Shown one piece after another: positions 36,801-48,800 of a stretch of DNA of 64,000 bases. Below the pieces are notes generated by a model. It made no database searches and had not been told where the DNA came from. It saw nothing but the letters and a program-made list of their open reading frames with translations. The DNA comes from Haliotis rubra (Eukaryota). Positions within the stretch are counted from its first letter, which is position 1, and every line of letters starts with the position of its first letter. The translations under genes were made by a program, and so were the position numbers. Location: contig NW_025767157.1 in NCBI RefSeq assembly GCF_003918875.1, forward strand, positions 1,488,001 to 1,552,000, in the 5' to 3' direction.

Positions 36801-39800
36801 TTAAGTACCCAGGCCCGCATCATCATTCCTTCTGCTGTCACGCATCGTGTTCACACGTGCCTTGACTGTGCTGACAATTCTATGATGTCTGAGTCTTCAA
36901 CTACTGTATGTATGGTCTTTATTCGTTCTTTAGAACACTCTTTTGACTTTGCAGTTAGTTATTTCTCATTTATATGACTTTGTAATCAACTTTTACGCTC
37001 GCTTTCCCGTCGTTTACGGACATGTTACTATTCCATGGCGGGATGTTTAGCGTGCCACGTGGTTGAAATATTGCTTTATATACTATTATCTCATCTCGCG
37101 TTGTCGTATTCACATATTTTCAATGTTTTATACATGTTATTCCTGTTTCTGTTGTATTTGGCCATTAGCTACATGCGTTGCGTGTTTGCTTTCAGGCGTT
37201 TACGGCGTGCATTACCTGTAAGCAAAAATTGCCACCACAGGACAAACACGACAAGTGTTTATGCTGCCTAGATAAAACTGGGCACAACCCAAACGTGTGC
37301 GAGCTCTGCCTTGGCTTTTCCCCCAGAACGCAAAAGAGGCGACCTGCCGATTTCCTTTTCTTTAAGGAATTGAGGGAGGTGGGAAGGGGACCCGGCTGAC
37401 GAAAGTCCCCCGTCTAAGTCTAAAAAGGCTAGGAAGCCCAGCAAACCCAAATCTTCAGGTTCTAAAGAATCTCAACCTTTTGATATGTCATTAATAAACA
37501 GATGTTTCAGCAACATATGGACTCAGTGAAGTCTCTCGCCAATGAGTCAGTTGGAGGACTCCGGCAGGAGTTTCTCGCTCGCTCTAGTCGGGTGACGGAG
37601 AGTTCGGGGGTCGAAGCGCCGAGCTCGGCTAGATCCGTCGGCCTTGAGGTACCTGTTGATCCTTTGCCGCTGGCTTCGGGTCCGGGAGCTTCGGCCACCC
37701 CGGAGAGGGAGGGCTCGCACCCAGTCTCTCTCGGTGCTTGTGCAGGGACCGTTGAGGATTCCCAGTGTTCTGGTTCCCCATGAGAGTGGAGGAGCCAGTT
37801 CTGCCTCTGCTATCTCCTACGTCTCGGGACCGGGGTCCTGGCATGCTGTCTGTGTCCGGGGCAGATGGTGTCTCAGGGTCTTCCGTTCTCTTGTAGTCTG
37901 CAACTCAGCTTTCTGCCGGGTCGGGGTTCCTCTCTTCGGGAGGATCCGGATTCTGGCTCGGGTTCGGGAGCCGAGTCGATGGATGTGGGAGAGGTTGAGG
38001 AGCACGAGGGCGCTTTCCGCTTCTTGTCAACTTTGCGTGAGGTACATCAGTGCATAGCGCAGATGTTGCCCCAATCTGTGGTGCCGACATGCCGTCAGGA
38101 TTCATCTGAGTTCGGCCTGCCAGGTGAGGCGTTTGCTACTCGGCAGCCTTCACAGACGCAGCTCTCCGCGTTCTTCCGTCACTGATCCAGGATGTAGTGG
38201 ATCCGTTGCTCGCTGGTTCTCGGCTCCGATTGACTTACCCGAACTCGTGAAGCGTTACCAGCTGGGTGATGAGTCCCTCTTCCAGGTTCCAGGTGGATGC
38301 ATGTGTTTTCACTTCGGTCGCCCTCGGGGGAGGCTCGGCTTCCTCAAGTTCAGCTCCAGCTGCCAAACAAGGGCGTTTAGTTCCACCTTTTGCTCAGTTT
38401 GGCAAGCTTACCGAACCTACAAGGAGGGTTATCGAAATGCTGTGCAGCAGATCAGGGTGGTGGTCCATGGGGCGTATCTCTCCTCAATTCAGAGGTCGGC
38501 GTTGGAGGCGGAGGGAGGCACGAGTTACGTATCACCTCATGTTGTCTTACTTTGTCAGCTCACCGACGTGCAGGCCCACCTGACCAGGGACTCATTACGG
38601 TCTGCTGCGTGGACGGTGATGTGAGCAGTTATTGGGATGCGCAAGCTGTGGTTGTCGACCTCATGTTACTCGGCGACAACCCAGCAAACCTTGCTGGCCC
38701 TTTCATTATGGCTGGGTGTGACACTGTTTTCGGGGGCGCACGGTTATACGGGAGGCTGCTGCTGCTGCCAATACTTCTTTCAAGGACTCGAAGGCCTTGC
38801 TAGAATAACCGCGGGTTTCTTGCCCCCGTGCGGGCACTTCCTCCAAGGCGCAGCCTACGCCCGAGTCTGCAGGATGGCTTCGGCCACTTGGCAGGGGAAG
38901 GAGGAGGAGCCGCCCCCCGCCAAAGGTAAGAGTAAGGAGCAGACCTCTTCGTCTAGCTCCCAGGAGCCTTTTTGCAGTTGTGGGGGTCTGCCCCGACCCC
39001 CCGTTAGACTTGCTGGCTGCTCCACCGGATACGTCCCAGCCAGTCCATCTGCAGGGGACTACTCACGCTCCCTTACCACATATCCCAGTGGGAGGCTGCT
39101 CCCTCTATTCCTTCCGGTGTGGGAGAAGGCTACTCACACCGTACGTGTCGGCCATTTACCGCTGTGGAAGAGGCCCGCCAGAGTTCACCGGCATAAGGCG
39201 CACTCCGGTGCTGTCATGTCCGATCAAGGCAGGTATACTGCGAGACGAAGTTCAGGCTTTGCTGGACAAGTCCGCAATAGAGCGCATACCACCGGGAGAG
39301 GAACAGGCGGGGGTTCTATTCCACGTACTTCCTCGTAACGAAGAAAGACGACGGATTCCGTCCCATTCTCAACCGCAAGGGGTTGAATGATAGAGGTTCC
39401 ATCCTTTAAGAGATTCTGGGCAGCCTGTCGGTGTCTGGATGCAGCAGAAGTCCGTCTTCACATCAATGTGTCGGAACTGAGAGGTGTGCGGTTGGTTTTC
39501 GAGCGCTTCCGGGAGCATGTTCAGGGCCAGGTTGTTCGTCTTCAGTTAGACAACAGCACGGCCATTCCGTACAGTGCGACTGTCAGGTGATTCCTGTCTA
39601 TCTCCCAGGGCTAGAGAACGTGCGAGCAGATGTGCTCTCTCACCAGATCCTGGCCCCGCACAAGTGGATGCTCAATCGGCAGATAAATCGGAGTTATCTC
39701 CCAGTTGTACGGATCATTCCAGGTGGATCTGTTTGTGTCCGGTGGGATGAATCAGATACCCATGTTTTGCTCTCGAATACCGGACCAGAGGACACCTTCC

Positions 39801-42800
39801 TGCTGGATTGGACGGGCAAGGTACTGTGGGCGTTTCCGCCACTACCTCTCATTCCCCGGGTCCTCTCCCAGCTGTCCACCCAGCCAGCTCGGCTACTTGG
39901 TCTTCTGGCACCACTTTGGCCGTCACAGGGCTGGTTTCCGGTAATTCTCAGGTTTCTGGCTCAGCCTCCTGTTCTATTACCCTTTCAACCGGACATTCTC
40001 ACTCAGAACGGCGCGCCACACCCCAATTCACGGATTCAGTGGGTGGCTTGGCCTCTGTCAGGTCGAGCCTCGAGGCACGGGGAATTCCTGCAGCAGTTGC
40101 AGACACAATTCAGGCTTCGAGGCTGGATTCAACAAACGTTCAGTGACTACGAGGATAGGTGGTTTTACTATGCGCGCTGGTGTTCAGATAGGGGCATTGC
40201 AGATCCCTTTTCTGCGGATTTAGTCCGAGTTTTGGAGTTTCTGCAGTCTCGTTTGGAAGAAGGTTTGGCGGCTTCGACCATTCATGGCTACTCCACCGCT
40301 ATTTCCAACTTTCACATCCCTGTCGATGGTGCTCTTCTGGGGCAGCACCCTCTTATGCAGCGCTTCTTAGCTGGCGTGGATCGGCTTCAACCTGCTCTCA
40401 GGTGTACAAACCCACTTCACTGACTGTGTTCCATCCAGATCACATCAGTACTCACCTCCCAGATAGTTACCATCCGAAGATCGATCACGCTTTCCATGTG
40501 ACAGCTCCTATCGAACTTCCCACTCTTATCCAGCCTTCTACATCGGGGACCTTTGCAACGAGCACTCACCCGTTGGATGTCCGTAAGACCCTCAAGGTCT
40601 ATATCAAACGAACACAAGGGATCCGACAGGTACCCAGCTGTTCTGCTGTTATGGTGGTGGGAAGGCTGGAACTCCTGCCAGCATAGTCAATTCCTGCCAG
40701 ACACTTTCTCGCTGGCTTGTGTCGCTTGTGTGACTTGTATTTGGAGCCGGCCTAGCACTTTAATATGGCACTATCAGCTTGATACACATTCCCGTGATCG
40801 AGCGCGCTTTGGCCGATCTGTTCTCTCCAGTGGACAGTGTCCTGCCACCCTGACCGAGTGAGTCTTGGTTATTTGGTTTCTGACGCTGAGATCAATTGTT
40901 GTGTTAATTGAAATAACTGCTGTTGAATTCTACGACAACTTTCAATTTCTCTGATGAGTTATTCGGTTGTGAGTTGTGGTTTCCCCCTTACAGTGCTCTC
41001 TAGAGATATCACTAAGTGGGCGGGGTTTTAATTACACACTATGTGATGTGTTTTATTGCTTAACATGTTGAGGTCAGTCCTCAGTACGTTTCCTCCCTGT
41101 TGGGTCACCTCCCATAATGCCTCTCGCAGAAGCTTCGGGACAAGTGACAGGTGAGTGTTATGGCGTAAGTAACTTTTCGTTTACGTGATCGTTATTTATT
41201 TGTATTGTGACAGAATTTCCTCCTCCCAAGCCTCCGGTCTTTGGGTTACGGGCCTGGGTACTTACCTGGTTGACCACGCATGCGTGGAAGGGAGGTGGGG
41301 GGCCGTATAATAGATAAAAAAGGCTTTTTATTTATTGTACAATATTTTATTAGAACATTGATACAACTGTCACATGACATTTTCAGCCGCAGAAAATGCA
41401 TGTATGTACCCCAAGGACGATTCTCTTCAAAGAATTGGAAACCTCTACAGGTTTATCTAAATTTCTTGGATATGACTGTAAAATGTCTCAGTATGTTGAC
41501 TGTCACAAAACATACTGACTTGGATCAGCAACAGTGTCAGGTTAGATTGGTGTTATAATCGATTTTGATTCAACTTTCCTATTTTCTTTCAGTACAATGG
41601 ATATTCCATTTGGTGATAAAGACCAGAAAGGTGATTATACTCTTCATCAAGGTGACATTGTGGAGTTCAATATTGCAACTGATCGTCGAGATAAACTCCA
41701 GAGGGCAACCAACATACAGCTTGTAGAAGAAACATTTGATAAAGTTGGGGAAGTCCGAGAAACGGTGGGTGGAAGACAACTTTTTATTGAAGTTTACCCA
41801 TTAATTTGTCATTTAAACACACATTGTCAATTAAACAAAACACATAAATCGGTGGCGGCGGAGGAACCCAGTACATTATACCCATCAAAATACTCATAAA
41901 CATGTCAGAATTGAATGGGATAGTCGCCAAGGGAGACCACCGATGATAGTTTCAAATTGTACCAAAAGTCAGTGGTCTTGTTCAGCCTGTATCTGGATGA
42001 CAACAGCTTTGGCAGTACAAAAGTAGTTACTGACTGCTTTCTGAAGCATCAATTGAATTTAATCAATTGAGGTGGTACAAATTAAATTGAACAATTCCTA
42101 GAAAATATTATCCATTCTCATCCATTCTGCTATCTTGGTGTTAACTGTATTCCAATCAAACCTGTACTCATCTCTACCTTTGAGTAAGATCAATAATCTT
42201 TCATTTTGTTCTCTCCAGTGTTATCATATTTCTGCTCCATGGTCCAAGAGAAATGTACTATTGTTCCCTTTTTCTATCTTCAGGGTTTAGTTGTGAGCTT
42301 GAAAGAAGGCTATGGATTTATCCAGTGTGCTGACCGCGATGCAAGAATGTTCTTCCACTTCAGTGAACTTCTTGATCCAACGTCTGCAGTCAATGTACAG
42401 GATGATCTTGAGTTTACTGTAGCTCAGGTAACTCCATACTGAATACTCACAGCAGTGTGTTGCATTTTTTTCATATTTAACAAGTACAACTCTTTATTTT
42501 CTTAGTTATTTCCATAATGATCTGCAGAAACATGAATTTACTATGTATTTTTATCCCTGACATTTGTTGACTCAAATTTTATATGCTTATGTAACAGGTC
42601 ATGATCTGAAATGAGTTAAAAAATAGTGGTATCTGGCATTGATTTTTATCCCCCCGGCATGTGATGCTGGGGGATATAGTTTATGCCTCATCCATCCATC
42701 TGTCCGTCCATCCGTCCGTAATCATTTTGTTTCCGGAGCATAACTCGAAAACCGTTCAATATTTTTTTTTAAAATTGGTAGGTACAGAACCTAAAGTGGT

Positions 42801-45800
42801 GCCTTTTGCTATTTACAGGTTTTTGTCATTTTTATTTTTCTTGGTTTCCATGGAAACTTTTTGGACTTCTCAGAAGCGAGGGGTGGACTTCGTTTCTGGA
42901 GCACATCTCGAAAACCGTTCTATATCTTTCTACAAGACTTGGCAGATATATCAAAGAGATCTTGAAGTGGTGCCTTTTGCTATTTACAGATTTTTGGCGT
43001 TTATATTATTCATGGTGTCCATGGAAACGATGTGGACTTAGTCTTTAAAAAATCAAGTTGGACAGATAATTTTTCTTTTCAAATATGTGGTGTCAGGGGG
43101 GATCTGTCGTCTTTGATGAGTCTTGTTATCAAAGTAGCCAGAGGCACAATATCTGTTTTAAAGTCGGTACAGCCTTGGGAATATGTATTCCTGAATTTGA
43201 AGTCACGTCATGAGTTAATAGCATATTAATGTTTTGAATTTCAGGATCCCTCTGCCTCCAATCGTCAGATTGCCATTCGTATCAAGCATCTTCCTAAAGG
43301 TTCTGTGTCTTTCCTGACCATTCATAATGAAAAATATATTGGAACAGTAGACAGAGAGCCTGCAACTCACAAAACACAAGGTATTCATTGTCTTCACTTC
43401 TGTCTGTATGTTAACTTACCCTTATTTTGTTATTCAGCTCTTCTTAAAAAACAGTAGGCCCTGGATGCTTAAAATTTACTTTCATAATCACAGTTACAGT
43501 GTGTTGTATGTCCATCCAGAACTTTTATCCCATTTTGAAAATGACAGCTATATTTAAGGACTGTAATAAGTGTGTCTAGTACAAGACACAATAGCAACTG
43601 TAATATTTGTATTTCTGTTCCAGCCAAGAATAAAGAACAAGAGGGTGGTAACGTTGTCTTTGACTATGAAGGCACCATCCAATCTATTACGTATTTTACC
43701 AAAGACCTTGTGGAGATGAAACAGGCTCCCCGCTATGGTGACAAGGTAGGTCAATATTGATTAACTGCATGTAATGATTAATGTGATTGAAATGTGTCAG
43801 TATTCTGGAAAAAAATATCAAGTTTGGATAGACAGGTCAAAGTGTTGTGATTAAACTGTTGTTCTATTTAATTTCCTGGACAAGAACTGCAAGAATATCA
43901 TCAATTCAATCCCTTAAACATAATCAGTGTTAAGGGTAACATACAGCTTTGACGAACCAATTACGATTTGTCACTGTTGTACTTGCTATGTATAATGGTT
44001 CCAGCTAGGTACAAATGTTATGATATGTGACTGTTGCACATTTGTACTTAACTGTAACCATTATATATATTGAGGCATGAAAATCACTTGTGAAAGCATG
44101 GCTTATGGATACTGAAGATTGAATATTTGGATTAATGGCGTCTGAACCATTTGTGAATTTAATCATCATAGTATTTACTCAGTTGCAAGGATACTCGTTT
44201 ATAACATGGTTGGTGTTTCCAAATGTTTGGCATAGTATTGGAAGCCATTTGCCCTTCTGACAATTTTCAACACTATTCCATGTGGATAATAACCCCACAG
44301 CATTTAACATTTGCAGTTTGTAGATGCATGTTCAGATTATAATGTTCAATATATTTGACGGGATGATTTTAGTATCTGTATATAAGTTGTTGAAATGTGT
44401 GTCTAAGTTTCTTGTGTATTTTATTTTTCAGGTTGAATTTCGATAGGGGAACAAAAGTCCAATAACAAGCGCCAAGCTGTGAATGTTCGAGTGGTTTTGA
44501 GGAACATCACTGGTCGCTGTCAGGGCTTTATTGCAACACTGAAAGATAATTATGGCTTCATAGAGAATGCAGAACATGACAAGGAAGTCTTCTTCCACTA
44601 TAGGTAATTCTTTTTTGTCCTACTCTTCAAAACCCCATGGACCGCCTCCGTGGTGTAGTGGTTAGAGAGTTCGTCCGGAGAATGGAAGGTCGCGGGTTTG
44701 ATCCTCAACCGCATCATACCAAAAGACGTTAAAATATGGTACTTGTTGGTCCCTGCCTGGTGCTCGGCATTAATGGGTACAATAAGGACTGGTCAGCTCG
44801 GAGTCAGTATAATGTGTCAGAGTGGGGTATTCATGCTTCACTGCGGCATGGTATCTCAGTGAGCTAGCACTATAAAACCAGCTTAAGTCTGGGCTAGTAA
44901 AGCAGCCGCACATACACATACACACGCATGCACGTCATCATGAGCGAAATATTCTCAAGCACGGCGTTAAACCCAATTTCACCTCACCTCAAAAACCCAT
45001 GCTTGTGATAAGACGGACCTTATGTGATTGGGGTTTACAAGCTCTCCGACTCGATTGATGCATGTTATCATATCACATTTCTATTGATCAATGCTTATGC
45101 TGATCACATGATTGTCCGGTTCAACCTTGAGTGATACAGACTGACATCATTCGGTTCAATTTGAATTTAGTAACATTCAAGCATGAAACATGAGTGTCTT
45201 GTGAATTGTGAATCAAATGGAAAGTTACCATGTTGATAAATTTGTAAAGGCATATATAGCTTGAGTGCACTTTACTGTAAACTGATAAGCTGTACGTATC
45301 AGTTTTTGTTGTCCCCTGCCGGAACGGGGGACTATGTATTCAGCGGCGTCCGTCCGTACCTCCCGATTCTTGTTAACGCGATATCTCATGAACTGTTTGC
45401 ACCCAATGTCTTCAAATTTGGTGACAGCCTACATTGGGGGATTATGCAGACACCAGTCGAATTGGGTGACCTTGACCTTATTTTCAAGGTCACCACGACA
45501 CTTTGACCACTTTTCAAACTCTTGTTAACGCGATATCTCATGAACTTTTTCACCCAATGTCTTCAAATTTGGTGACAGCCTACATTGGGGGATTATGCAG
45601 ACACCAGTCGAATTGGGTGACCTTGACCTTATTTTCAAGGTCACCACGACACTTTGACCACTTTTCAAACTCTTGTTAACGCGATATCTCATGAACTGTT
45701 GTACCCAGTGTCTTCAAATTTGGTGACAGCCTACATTGGGGGATTACGCAGACACCACTGTATTTAGGTGACCTTGACCTTATTTTCAAGGTCACCACGA

Positions 45801-48800
45801 CACTTTGAACACTTTATAAACTCTTCTTAACACAGCATCTCATCGACTGTTGTACCCAATGTCATCAAATTTGGTGACAGTTTACATTGGGGTATTACAC
45901 AGACACCAGTTTATTTGGGTGACCTTGACCTTATCTTCAAGGTCACCACGATACTTTGACCGCTTTTTTAAGGCGATATCTCTTAAAACATTGCACCCAA
46001 TGTTTTCAAGTATGTTGACAGCCTACATTGGGTGATTATGCAGACACCAGTCATATCAGGCATCTTGTATGTGACCCAAAAATAAAAAGTAGTAAATATA
46101 GATATTCCATTCTTTAGCGGCGGGGGACATTGCCACATCAGTGGCAAACACTTGTTGTATTTGAAATGTCAGTGTTACTGGAGATTCACACATTGTTACC
46201 TTGCAGTTCGTTCGACAAGGATGCCAGTGACCTGGAGCTAGGAGATGAAGTGGAGTATATCCTTGCCCGAAAAAGCAGCAAATTAAGTGCCGAAAATATC
46301 CGCAAGTTGCCAAAAGGAACTGTTGCACCAGAGGTATATCAGAGTAACAGTTGTTGCAATTAATTATGTTTGATGTTATATCCATGTTCAACCTCAGCAT
46401 ACCACTATAAAGTAAGAATCTTGTTCAGCGGTTATAATGCGCAATTCACCAACTGATCAAAGGTGAACTGATCACTTCATGGTTTATGTTGACAGAGGGG
46501 TAGTGGGGTAGCCTAGTGTTTAAAGCATTCAGTCTTCACACTGAAGATCTGGGTTCAATTCACCGGATGGGTACAATATTTTGTCCCAACCATGATATTG
46601 CTGGAGTATTTCTATAAGCGATAATACATACCAGTACTCAGTCAGTCCCTCACTGCTGTTTACAGGAAATGCTGCGAGATCAGGGTATCCTGCAGGGAAA
46701 GATTATCCGTCCAATGAGGATCGTCAACCCTGAACAGGATGAGTACTGTGGTCTGGTGCAGGTGAGGGAAGAGGACGACCCCAGTATGGTCACCTATCCA
46801 TACGGAATCACAAGTCTTGCAGACAAGCGAGATTTCCTGCAGAAAGGGGACATTGTTAAGTTCAATGTTGCTGTGGTGAAGTCCTCTGGATCTCACAGAG
46901 CTGTCAACATAGCAGCACTGCGGAAGTATGTTCGAGCCAGGGTGGATTCAGTCAAGGGACAGGTACAGTAAAACCTGTTTCAGTGGTATTTTTAATAGAA
47001 TTGCCTGTTAGAAAATCAGGTTCATGTAAATGAATGTTTCATGAATTGGCCATGTAGGCAAACCGCTCAGTTTGGAACACCTAATAATATTGGCCATGGG
47101 CCCCAGATACTTTCAATTTTTCCTTATCCTGACTCATGCTAATTATGCTTGTCTCCTTCCTCTTGCGAATGATAGTGGAACACTTAAAATCCCTTGAAGT
47201 TCCCTTTAAAAAACCGGACATAAAATCACTCACCCAGGAGTAGCGTCCCTTTCCTCAAATGGTCACATGATCAGCCATATTTGTCACTCTCTCCTTCTTT
47301 GCCCTTGAGGACGGTTGTGAGAGCACCTGGGTCCCTATACGGCACATATCCTTTTTTATTTTCGGACCTTACATAAAAATTATTGCTGTATACGGTTTTT
47401 AAGATTATATTCTACATTACGGTTTGAAATTTGTTCTAAATTTTTCGTTGTTTGACATGTGTTTTCTTCATGTTTACAATTGATGAAAACTTGTATTTGT
47501 TGTAGGTACCGAGTGTCTGCGGCTGACCCTCTTTTATTATGTCCTAATTGCACTGTTTCATGTTCTTTCAGCTCTCGCTGTAAGTATTGTGTAAAATTAA
47601 ATTCGGTTGAATTTAATAATTACCTTTTTTCCATCCATAGACATGCTAAGGACTGGGTACGTAGGTATTCACAAGTAATGTCTTAATCAAGTGATTGCAC
47701 TGATAACCGTGTGTTAACCATTGCTGCAGATATTCATAATTCTAGTGAATTGCTGATTGTTCTCAGGAGCAGGTCGATGTACCAGGGGTGAACGCCGGAG
47801 GCCATAAGAGATCATCGTCTACTGAGCTGACCTCATCGCAGATGAAGAAGGCTACTACCATGAAGACTTCAGCGAAATCAAAGATCAGCTCTACTCAGAA
47901 GACGAGGTCTTTCTCAGCCGAGATTGTTCCTCTGGAAGAAGCAGATGTTTATGATGATCCACCCATCCTCATACCTGAAGTCACCATCGTCAGTAAGAAG
48001 ACGAAGCCTACAGTCTACAGCTACATCGACATCGACACTGGTATCAGCGCAGACATTGACAGAAGACCTACTATCAATGCAGACATCGGGTACCAGAGAT
48101 AGCAGCAGCATCAACTCTTCACGAGTGCAGCAAGCCTTAGATGACGTCTCTTATTAGTGAACGCCCACCTAGACAGCCTAGATCCGTTAATACTACCGAC
48201 AGTTTGAAACCATATCTCCTATGGTGGACTCGTTTGCGGAGGGACCTTTTTGTCAGAGCCGGTTTGCAACACTCATATCTACGTGGATGCCTCCCTACAA
48301 GGATGGGGTGCGCACTTCAACAACGAAGTGGCAGCAGGGAAGTGGTCGAGAAATGAGTCAGTTGGAGATCAGAAATCACACATCAATCTGTTGAAGATGA
48401 AAGCAGTAATCAACGCGTGGAATCTTTTACAACATTGGTCCAGCGATCATTCTAAAAAGAACACTTATTATTATTAATCGCTTTACAACTGTCCAGCTGC
48501 ACACACTCTGGTACACACGGACAACTCCACAGTGGCGTTTTACATCAACAAACAAGGGTCAACAAGATCAACAAGTCTGCTACAACTCAGCTTTCTCCTG
48601 TTCAGCATAGTCGACGACCTGAACATCTACATGAAGGCATGCCACATTCCAGGAGCAAAGAATGTCATATCAGACGCCCTATCTCGTCCACTACAACCAT
48701 CCTCGACGGAATGGATGTTGCATCCAGAAGCATTCCAGTTCATCAGACAGACTTTAGGATCCCCACTAATAGACCTGTTTGCAACAAAGTTCAACAAACA

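Noticed and set aside
39700-40060. Bacterial or phage adenine methyltransferase/integrase, suggesting horizontal transfer or contamination
   Set aside because: MT-like and tyrosine-recombinase domains are standard parts of DIRS1 elements, and here they lie between DIRS ITRs in a spliceosomal intron.
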